Below the pieces are notes generated by a model that was not told the origin of the DNA, ran no database searches, and saw only the letters and a program-made list of their open reading frames with translations. A DNA stretch of 64,000 nt from Candidatus Undinarchaeota archaeon. GTDB lineage: Archaea; SpSt-1190; JASMDC01. This document shows, one piece after another, positions 26,710 to 34,981 of the stretch. The stretch's first letter is position 1. Every line of letters starts with the position of its first letter. The translations under genes and the position numbers were made by a program. The DNA is taken from positions 1 to 64,000 of the forward strand of contig CAZFHY010000013.1 in assembly GCA_964519305.1 (NCBI GenBank). The letters are read 5' to 3'.

Positions 26710-28581
26710 ATGGGGAGGACCGGACTCGTCCTGCTCGTGGTGCTCGCGACCGCTCTTCTTGCCGCGAGCCGGCCTGTACCAATGGCCGCTGGCCGCCTTT
26801 CCGTTCACCTCGCCGTTGCGAGCCTTGTAGAGGGAGACATTGTCAGTGATGGCATGCTCCCCATGTGGACGGACCGATGGGCGCTCGGTCTTCCACTCCG
26901 GCTCGTCACGGGCCCGACAGAACTCCTTCTGGCCGTGCTCCGGCTCCTCGTCCCGGGAGTATCGCTTCACAGAATCGCGCTCACCCTCACGATTCCTCTT
27001 CTTACAGGCGCTATGGCCTCGTTGATAGTTGTGCTCACGCGCATGGGCGTCCCACGCCGATCAGCGACATTTGGGGCACTCGCTGCAGTTGTGCTAGTGC
27101 CCGCCTCGCCACTATCCCTCCCCGGTCTCCTCTCTCAGGGCGAACTTGGACAGCTCGTCGCAGGTGCCCTTGCAGTCACCGCAGCATCGTTCCTTACCGG
27201 GCCCCGAAAACCAAAGATACTGACTGCGATGGTCGTTGCCGTCGCCGTGCTCGCCGATCCATGGTGCCTGACCGTTGTCATCCTGTTCGCTTGGGCAGCG
27301 CATGCCCCCGGGCGTCATGTGTTCTCTACCACGATCGCTGGGCTGGGGCTTGCGGCATACTGGCTCCTGTCAAAGCATGCCTACCTGGCGCTCACGCTCC
27401 ATTCCCACGCTCCGCCCGTGCCCGTCGCAACCTCATTCTTCTCAGGTGAGCTTCTTGATCATTCCATTGGTCCAGGTCTGCCAGGACCGCATACCCTGAC
27501 GATTGTGCTCGCGCTCTGCCTTGCGCTCGTGGGGAGGGGCCGCGGCCTCCGCACCCTGCTCAAACTGACCGTCGCCCTTGGTATGGTCGGACTCCTGCTC
27601 GCAGGCGCTCCTGACGGTCCGTACCAGCTCGATCCCTTGGTCTACTTCGACCGTCTTCTCGGGCTCATCTGGCAGACAGCTCCCGACCTACCCGTCCAGG
27701 GAGGGGCCGTTCTCGGTCGCATCGTGTTGTTGCTGGCACTGTGCGAGGGGATCGCACTGAGCACGCTCCTCGACAGTGGTTTTCCTGGAAAGGCAATCGC
27801 GGCCGTCGTGATCGCCTGGCTCATCGCGGGCGCCGCATGGACTGCACTCCAGGCCCCCGACATCGATGCGAGTGAGGTCGCAACTCTCAAGGACCGGCTG
27901 AGGTACGTCCAAAGCTCTCGGGGGACCATCGGGATTTCAGCTGGGATGCCCCATCAAGAGCATACCGCCGCGCTCATCGTCCTACAGGGCGGAACGGTCA
28001 GCGTTCCGCTCCCCGGAGTGTCCGAACTAGCACCTCTGTCGCGTTGGCACGAGGGCCTGCAGGGTACTGCTGACAGGGAACTCGCGCTCTTCCTTCTTCT
28101 CCTTGAGCGGCATGGCATGGGAGGGTACCTGACTAAAAGCGAGATCATTGGTCTTGATCCTCCCGGTGTTCTTGTGGTCCCTGCGGCGGAGGTGGTCGCG
28201 TTCTCACGCGATGTGTGGTGGGCGACCGCTGAAACGGGCACGACTACATGGGCTCCCTATGTGGTGTTCCTGACGAACACGACGGTACCGACGAGCGACC
28301 GTACAATAGCGCGATACTCGCTCCCCGTCAATGCTCCGGGATGGGCCGTCGTCCCGCTCGGTTTCGATCCGGCTATGTCCGCTTACGTCGATGGCGAGCA
28401 GGTCGATATCGCTCTCGCATCGCCCGGTTTCCTGGCTGCGCGAGTGACGAGTGGATCCTTGCTCGAGGTGCGTTACGGGACACCGCCCATGGAAAGCGCT
28501 GGACGAGTCCTTACGATCCTCTCCCTGATAGTATTGGTCATCGCGAGTATCATCGAAGAGCGGGCACGATCGTCACAATGA
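26710..28581 (+). CDS. Multi-pass membrane protein, PTPS-related/YfhO-like (putative GT-C), divergent
   Basis: LPMWTDRWALGLP resembles the W...W..G.P motif, about 11 TM helices, GLAAYWLL, and a YfhO-like C-terminus (FDPAMSAYVDGE..PGFLA..VRYG-TM). Confidence 0.65.
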   Translation: MGRTGLVLLVVLATALLAASRPVPMAAGRLSVHLAVASLVEGDIVSDGMLPMWTDRWALGLPLRLVTGPTELLLAVLRLLVPGVSLHRIALTLTIPLLTGAMASLIVVLTRMGVPRRSATFGALAAVVLVPASPLSLPGLLSQGELGQLVAGALAVTAASFLTGPRKPKILTAMVVAVAVLADPWCLTVVILFAWAAHAPGRHVFSTTIAGLGLAAYWLLSKHAYLALTLHSHAPPVPVATSFFSGELLDHSIGPGLPGPHTLTIVLALCLALVGRGRGLRTLLKLTVALGMVGLLLAGAPDGPYQLDPLVYFDRLLGLIWQTAPDLPVQGGAVLGRIVLLLALCEGIALSTLLDSGFPGKAIAAVVIAWLIAGAAWTALQAPDIDASEVATLKDRLRYVQSSRGTIGISAGMPHQEHTAALIVLQGGTVSVPLPGVSELAPLSRWHEGLQGTADRELALFLLLLERHGMGGYLTKSEIIGLDPPGVLVVPAAEVVAFSRDVWWATAETGTTTWAPYVVFLTNTTVPTSDRTIARYSLPVNAPGWAVVPLGFDPAMSAYVDGEQVDIALASPGFLAARVTSGSLLEVRYGTPPMESAGRVLTILSLIVLVIASIIEERARSSQ

Positions 28582-28588
28582 TCCTGTT

Positions 28589-30700
28589 TCAGATGGACGC
28601 AGCAGCACCGTGGAGCATACGCGCCCGGTGACCGGAGTAGAACGAGTCGTACTCCTCCTCGCTGTACTTACGGACGCTCTGCCGGTCCTCCTTGCGGATA
28701 ACGAACGCATAGGCGTTGGCGTACTTGGCCTTGACCTTCTTCACACGGAAGGAAAGCCCCAACGTCTCCAGGAGGTCCTCGATGTACGATAGCTTCCACT
28801 GGCGCGGAGCAGAGATAATGTAGAAGGACTCCTCGAACACGAGGATGGTGGCACGACCACCCCTCTTGAGCACGCGCTTGATCTCGCGGAAGAGATTGTC
28901 TGTGCTCACCACCTCCTCGGAGAGGCCAATACCCACGATCTTGTCGAAGTATCGGTCGGGGAATGGGAGGAACTCGGCATCTGCGCGCACGTATGATACG
29001 TTGCGGATGAGCGCCAGGTGCTCCCGGGCGATCTCCAGGTCATGGAACCCGACATCTGTGGCGTACACCCACTTGGCGCTCTTGGAGAGTTCTGGCACCA
29101 GCAGCCCCGTGCGACAGGCGATCTCGAGCACGGTGTCCTCGTGCTTGACGGCCGCCGTGCGCAGGAACTCCTCGCGCATCCACTCAGGATAGGCATAGTA
29201 GGCCAGCGTGTCGTAGAAGGGCGCGATCATCTCGTTGAACGCCACCACGAACTTCTCGTTGTACTCTACTTGGAGGATGAAGTAGATGGGCACCCCCACG
29301 AGCACAAGGGATGTCCCCTTGAGGAACTCGATCTGGTCCACCTGGGACATGATGACGATGGTGGTCAGTACGCAGATGAGCGAGACCAGGGAGAAGGCGG
29401 GGGTCTTGTAGGGTCGCTCCATGGATGGCTTGCTCAGCCTCAGGACTGGAACGGATAGGAAGATGAGCGCGTACACGATGAGCGCCACGGGGATGAGCGC
29501 CGTGATGAGGGCGTGGAAGTCGGCCGTGAGCACGAGCACCGTGGCGAGGGCCGCCTGGATGATGAGGGCGTTGACCGGGGTCTTGTAGGTCGGGTCGAGC
29601 TTGGCGAAGAACACGGGGAGCATCTCGTCCTTGGCCAGGGCGTAGGGGATGCGTGCGTGCGAGAGGATCCATGAGTTACAGCATCCGAGCAGGATGACAA
29701 CCGTCCCGATCACGAGCCAGGGAACGGCTCGTGGGCCGAGGGCGGGGGTCCGCTCCACCACAAGAGCGACGGGCGCCTGGCTCTCTCCAAGCTCGCGGGC
29801 GGGGACCACGCCGAGGGACACGATGACCACGGACAGGTAGAGGAACACGATGATGACCGTGGACCAGACTAGGGCCGTCGGTACGGCGTGCTTGGGGTCC
29901 TTGGTCTCCTCACCCAGGAATGTCACGCACTCCCAACCGATGAACGGCTCGATGATGATGGCTGCTGCTGCCAGCAGCATCGCCCAGTTGGGTTCCACGA
30001 ACTCCATGAAGTGGTCAACCTCGATGGCGGGAGCGCCGAAGAATATGATGGCACCCAGCACGCACAGGGTGATCACGGTGAACACACGTTGGATCTGGGC
30101 ACCGAGCTTGACTCCCAGGTAGTTGAAGAGGGTGAGCACCCACAACATCGCTGCGGCCACCATGCGGGCCCGCGGCTCGCCTATATGGATCAGGTGGTCG
30201 AGGTACTCCACGATGCACGCGCTGATGACCATGGCGATAGTTACCCAGCCGATGACCCACGCCGACCATCCGACGAGGAAGCCGATGAAAGGGCCGAAGG
30301 CCTCCTTGCAGTAGGTGTACACGCCACCGGCCTCAGGGTACATACTGGCCAGTTCGGCAATGCACATGGACATCATGATGGCCAGCGTCCCGATGGACGC
30401 CCACACGAAGATGGACTCGGGTCCCGCGATCCCTGCGGCGATGCCGGGTATCATGAACACGCCCGAGCCCACGATGGCCCCGATGGAGAGGAACATGAGG
30501 TCGTACATGGAAAGCGTACGTTCCATCTCCTCGACCTCATCGAGCTCGAGCTTCGGGATGCGGCGGACTACCTCATCATAGCTGATGCGTACGCGATGGT
30601 AGGGACTTCGCCGGGCTACGCCTTTGCCTCCGTAGGCGCTATAGCTGCCTACAGACCCTGATGCATCATCATCCGATGACGGGCCTTCCTCCGTCTTCAT
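28589..30700 (-). CDS. APC-family amino acid permease fused to a C-terminal class I SAM-methyltransferase-like domain
   Basis: GAIVGSGVF, ELASMYPEAGG, FIGWE..GEETKDP, then VLEIACRTG, ADAEFLPFPDRYFD, EIKRVLKRGG. TATA at about 30724-30732. Confidence 0.9.
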   Translation of the reverse strand: MKTEEGPSSDDDASGSVGSYSAYGGKGVARRSPYHRVRISYDEVVRRIPKLELDEVEEMERTLSMYDLMFLSIGAIVGSGVFMIPGIAAGIAGPESIFVWASIGTLAIMMSMCIAELASMYPEAGGVYTYCKEAFGPFIGFLVGWSAWVIGWVTIAMVISACIVEYLDHLIHIGEPRARMVAAAMLWVLTLFNYLGVKLGAQIQRVFTVITLCVLGAIIFFGAPAIEVDHFMEFVEPNWAMLLAAAAIIIEPFIGWECVTFLGEETKDPKHAVPTALVWSTVIIVFLYLSVVIVSLGVVPARELGESQAPVALVVERTPALGPRAVPWLVIGTVVILLGCCNSWILSHARIPYALAKDEMLPVFFAKLDPTYKTPVNALIIQAALATVLVLTADFHALITALIPVALIVYALIFLSVPVLRLSKPSMERPYKTPAFSLVSLICVLTTIVIMSQVDQIEFLKGTSLVLVGVPIYFILQVEYNEKFVVAFNEMIAPFYDTLAYYAYPEWMREEFLRTAAVKHEDTVLEIACRTGLLVPELSKSAKWVYATDVGFHDLEIAREHLALIRNVSYVRADAEFLPFPDRYFDKIVGIGLSEEVVSTDNLFREIKRVLKRGGRATILVFEESFYIISAPRQWKLSYIEDLLETLGLSFRVKKVKAKYANAYAFVIRKEDRQSVRKYSEEEYDSFYSGHRARMLHGAAASI

Positions 30701-30807
30701 CTGACAGGACAAGTAGGAGCATATCATTAAAAATGATTCGATGAGGGTCGTAGTAACCACCTCGGAGTGTTCACAGCGTTAAGTCGACTTCCCGACCACA
30801 TAATCCG

Positions 30808-31545
30808 CTACCAGGGGATGGCGAAGCCCAGCTCCCCTGCAATGTTTTGTGTCGTGCCCACGAAGAGAAGGGTGAAGAATAGGAGCGACATCCCGAGCGC
30901 AAAAACACGGAGGATGCGCTCGCCACGGATGCCCGCGTCGTCCAGCACCTCGCCGGGATTCCCCTTCTTGCTGAGCCTGAGGTAGCCGCGGTCCCCGTCG
31001 TTCAGTGCGAACTCGTGGACCACGAACTGCCGTGCGATGAGCTCGAACGAACCCCTCCCGACAATCCGTACCTCTCTGAGCGTGTGCTTGTACCGCTCGT
31101 ACAGTTCACGCATTTCGTCGCGTGTCGGTGGCTTCACGGCACGTCCCTCGGACAGAGCCGTCTTGATTTCATCTAGCATGCGCTCTCCTAGCTCGTGGGC
31201 ACCGTCCATGACCATCATGTTCCTGTTACTGATGGACATCCGGACGTTGCGGGTGTCGATATCGTAACTCACGCCATCGTCCGTGTAGAAGGTGAAGGTA
31301 TTGTGTACTTGGCAGCGATCCTCCGGAGGAGATATCCCACCCTTACTGGAGGTCTCTAATGAGATGGCGTAGTATAGATATCGTCCACCGTCCCATCCCT
31401 CCACTAGGTCCCGTCTTTTATGTAAGGTCCCGACGATAGCGCTCCCCGGGGTAAGTAGCTGTCGCACCATGGTGACGGCCAAGCCCAGGAATCCCAGGGA
31501 GATCAGGAGCGCGATGAGGTTTACCACGAGCTTGAAGGGATTCAT
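30808..31545 (-). CDS. Hypothetical protein with N- and C-terminal TM helices
   Basis: 245-aa ORF coupled to the upstream gene by TGATG. Confidence 0.65.
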   Translation of the reverse strand: MNPFKLVVNLIALLISLGFLGLAVTMVRQLLTPGSAIVGTLHKRRDLVEGWDGGRYLYYAISLETSSKGGISPPEDRCQVHNTFTFYTDDGVSYDIDTRNVRMSISNRNMMVMDGAHELGERMLDEIKTALSEGRAVKPPTRDEMRELYERYKHTLREVRIVGRGSFELIARQFVVHEFALNDGDRGYLRLSKKGNPGEVLDDAGIRGERILRVFALGMSLLFFTLLFVGTTQNIAGELGFAIPW

Positions 31546-31997
31546 CAGTCATCACACGTCGATGCGCTCTCTTTCTCATCGGCCAGTACCTCGCGGTGGA
31601 GCGCGATGAGGTCCCAGAGATTCACGGGCTCGCCCTCACCCACTGCGGGACAGGAACGGAAAGCGACCAGCGTCAGTCGCTGGCCATCCAGTTCCACGAA
31701 AGCGCGCCCACCATCCACAGGGGTCCGTGAGAGAGCGAAGGGATACAGCCGGCAGGCCGTCGGGCGGTGAGGGTGTACGCTGCACTGGAGTACCTCGGGA
31801 TCAAGGAACACACAGCCCAGGTCCCATTCACGCTTAGTGAGTACGGGATCGACGTTCTTGCCATGGACCAGCACTCGAACAAAGCTCCGATCGACCTCCC
31901 CGGCCAGCCGGTCAACGTCACGCATCAACAGCGGGACCTCGTAGCGCCTGCAGCATTCCCCGCACCCTCTGCACGCGAACCTCACGTCCAGATCCAC
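31545..31997 (-). CDS. YkgJ family CxxCxxCC Zn/Fe-S cluster protein
   Basis: FACRGCGECC, CVFLD, CSVHPHRPTACRLYPF, CPAVG. Confidence 0.92.
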   Translation of the reverse strand: MDLDVRFACRGCGECCRRYEVPLLMRDVDRLAGEVDRSFVRVLVHGKNVDPVLTKREWDLGCVFLDPEVLQCSVHPHRPTACRLYPFALSRTPVDGGRAFVELDGQRLTLVAFRSCPAVGEGEPVNLWDLIALHREVLADEKESASTCDD

Positions 31998-32136
31998 GGG
32001 AATGACATCCTCGATATAGGCTTCGACTATGGCGTTCCCCTGATGGAGGAGAGCGTACCAACGGTTAAATGGCTTGCCCCCCGGGTCGGGCGGTAGGCCC
32101 CTGACCCTCGATTATAAAAGAGTACCGCGCTTCTGC

Positions 32137-34941
32137 GTGAGTGCGCCCATGTCCGGCGAAGTATTATGGCAGCTTATCCAGGGAGCGGTCCTTCTCACGG
32201 GGACGGTGCTCGTTCCCGGTACCCTCTTAGAACGAGCGCTTGTCAGGTCTCGGGAGCGGGTCGAATCGATATTCCTTGCTTTGGTTTTCGGGCCCGTGGC
32301 CGTCGGTACCCTGGCAATCTGTCTGGGATTCCTGTTCGGAACAGTCGTGACCACACCACTTCTCCTAATGACCGCAGCGATCATCATCGCGGTGTCACTG
32401 AAGGTGATCGCACTCGAACGTCCCGTGTCGTTCCCACGGCTGACACATGTAGATATCCAACGCGGAGTCAGCATCCTGCTCATGCTGCTCGTGGTAGCGG
32501 CCGCCCACTGGTCCATCTACGACGTATCCAATCCAAGCATCCATATGAGATGCTCGGTGGGTGTCGTCCGGTTCATGCTCGGGATGTCCCCCCGTTGCCG
32601 CATCACGACCCATCTTATCGCAGCCCTCCCCCCGCCCAGTGTCCTTCCGGATGACATGGTGATGACCTGTCCGGACGATCCTGCATGCCCTTTCAGGGCT
32701 GAGCTGCATTTCCCCATGAAGACGCTGGTAGGAGAACTGCCTTCAGGTCAGTTCAACATCGCGTACTCCGGAGATGGCCAGGCGGGGTACCCTGTCCTCA
32801 TCGCACCGTTCCTCATCTCTCTCCGGTTCATGGGATTCCATGTGTTCCTTCTGCTCACGCGGGTCCTCTGTTCGCTCGGCATCTATGTTCTGCTACGACG
32901 GGTGATCGGCGGGCACGCAATCCCTCTCCTCCTTGGGGCAGTGGTCATGCTCAATCCAGTGGCCCTCTCGATGATCACCTTCAACGAGAACCTCGTCGGA
33001 CTGGCACTTGCGACGGCAGCGGCCGTGATGCTGCTTGATGACGGACCGGGTTCGGGTCGAAGGACCTTCGCTGCGGGACTAGTGCTAGGTTCGCTCCTTG
33101 GTGTGCGGCATGTCGCGGTCACCTCGGTCCCTGCTGCCGTGATATATCTCGCGATCTCCTGTAAACGGGGGCGATGCGGCCCCATGCTCATGCTCCTCCT
33201 AACCGGCGCGATCGTAACGCTTCTCCCCTATTTGTACTGGCACCGATTCGTCTTCGGGGATATGCTCGTCAACGAGCTAGCGTACCGCAATCCGCTCTAC
33301 GACTATGTCCTTCCCCTGCTCGGCCTGCCGTTCCGCTCCCGGCTCCTGTTCAACTGGCCGTTCCATGACACCGTGGTCAGACCTCTAGCACTGCCCTTCC
33401 CCACACCGGTCCTCCTGATGTTCACTTTACTGAGCATTTTCGGTGTGGCCCTCACCGCCGTTGGCGTTCTGGGTGCGCTAGTGCTGGCACGGGAGCGTCC
33501 ATATCCGTCCCTGTTCCTTGCCCTATGGTTCATCCCGACGATCGCGTTAATGGGCCTGATAACGGACTGGAGCTATGATAAGTGCACGTTCGTCTACATC
33601 GTCGTCCTTGCACCCGCTGTGTGGATAGGTGTGGGCCTGAACACTCTCGTGCAACGCATGGACGCGCGCGGGCTGGTAACAATCGTGGCCGCGACGATCA
33701 TGATCATGTCGCTTGTCCAATGGATGGGAGCGATGGACGTGCCCGCTGATGATCGATACTCTAAGAACGACGCTGACGAGGATACGCTCGCTCTCCGCAG
33801 GGATGCATGGACATCGGTCCCGCTCCTTCATGGAGGGTTCCGACCGTCGGAGGCCTTTATCGCCGAGTTCCCGTTCTGGTCAGGATCGCGGGTATTCCGC
33901 TGGCGTGACGTCCTTGACTACAACCATGACCGCTCCTCCTTCTCCCCCTGTTCAGCGTACATGGGACCTATGCCTGGATTCACATATTCCACACGTTCAT
34001 CGATGCCCTTGGTCCTGGAAGGCCGCCCTTTCATCCGCGAGTACGTCATGAACTCGGCATTCATCACGGAGATCTCGCCGCCAAGGGTCCAGAGCCTTCC
34101 ATTCAACGAGCTTCACTTTCAACGTCTCCTCACTCTCAAACTCCCTCCCCCAACCCTCGTCCTCGTGCGCGATCCTGGCAGACAGGATAGTAGCATTCTA
34201 GAGAACAGGCTCACACGGATCCTAGTAGGTTCGCCGAACACACCGGTCCTCATCCTTCCAGGAAACACTAATCCTAATCCATCGAAGAGCCCTGATATCC
34301 TTACCGATATGGCGCCGGTCAGACGGTTCGAGGGCAAGATCAAGGAAGGGACGTTCCCGCTGGCCGATGAAGTGCTCTCACGCCCCGGAGCTATCCGAGG
34401 GAGGCTCATCCCCGAGCTCATGGTGGACGCTGAGATCGTGTGGCGGTACGAGGACGATGTCCCATTACTGGTTCGCAGGTCGGTGAACGGACGTGATACG
34501 TGGTTCCTTAACGCTCTGCTCGAAGATGATTGGAATGACGACGCGTCCATCGCACTACATGAGGTCCTGATGCGGATCACGGGTTCTGCGGCCAGGATCG
34601 CCCTGGACCTGCAGGGCGACGTGCTCTCAGTCTCGCTCTCACGCCAGGTCAACTCGGCCGCTCCCGACCACGATGTCCCACTAATGACGATCATCCCGGT
34701 GGAGGAGGTGATGGGGCAAGGCCTCACGCTCAACGTACCTCTTGGCGTTGGGGAGGTCCGACTTTCCGTGGATGGCGAGCATGTCCACACTAGCAGTCTC
34801 GGTCCGGGTGATCAGGAGAGCCCGGTCTTCAAGCTCATGTCGGGTCCGGTACCCATCGGGTGGCTAGAGTTCAAGTTAGAGGACCCAGATAACACCGTTC
34901 CTGACGACGGATCGACGGCGCCCGGTCAGACAAATCCTTAA
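32137..34941 (+). CDS. Large multi-pass membrane protein, putative GT-C (PMT/ArnT-like) glycosyltransferase, paralog 1
   Basis: About 13 TM helices, GYPVL, NEN, GVRH, PYLYWHRFVFG, C-terminal soluble domain. GTG about 20-25 bp below TTATAAAA at 32112. Confidence 0.7.
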   Translation: MSAPMSGEVLWQLIQGAVLLTGTVLVPGTLLERALVRSRERVESIFLALVFGPVAVGTLAICLGFLFGTVVTTPLLLMTAAIIIAVSLKVIALERPVSFPRLTHVDIQRGVSILLMLLVVAAAHWSIYDVSNPSIHMRCSVGVVRFMLGMSPRCRITTHLIAALPPPSVLPDDMVMTCPDDPACPFRAELHFPMKTLVGELPSGQFNIAYSGDGQAGYPVLIAPFLISLRFMGFHVFLLLTRVLCSLGIYVLLRRVIGGHAIPLLLGAVVMLNPVALSMITFNENLVGLALATAAAVMLLDDGPGSGRRTFAAGLVLGSLLGVRHVAVTSVPAAVIYLAISCKRGRCGPMLMLLLTGAIVTLLPYLYWHRFVFGDMLVNELAYRNPLYDYVLPLLGLPFRSRLLFNWPFHDTVVRPLALPFPTPVLLMFTLLSIFGVALTAVGVLGALVLARERPYPSLFLALWFIPTIALMGLITDWSYDKCTFVYIVVLAPAVWIGVGLNTLVQRMDARGLVTIVAATIMIMSLVQWMGAMDVPADDRYSKNDADEDTLALRRDAWTSVPLLHGGFRPSEAFIAEFPFWSGSRVFRWRDVLDYNHDRSSFSPCSAYMGPMPGFTYSTRSSMPLVLEGRPFIREYVMNSAFITEISPPRVQSLPFNELHFQRLLTLKLPPPTLVLVRDPGRQDSSILENRLTRILVGSPNTPVLILPGNTNPNPSKSPDILTDMAPVRRFEGKIKEGTFPLADEVLSRPGAIRGRLIPELMVDAEIVWRYEDDVPLLVRRSVNGRDTWFLNALLEDDWNDDASIALHEVLMRITGSAARIALDLQGDVLSVSLSRQVNSAAPDHDVPLMTIIPVEEVMGQGLTLNVPLGVGEVRLSVDGEHVHTSSLGPGDQESPVFKLMSGPVPIGWLEFKLEDPDNTVPDDGSTAPGQTNP

Positions 34942-34981
34942 AAAACTCCCCGGCCCTGCACAATACAACAGGGATCACGTC

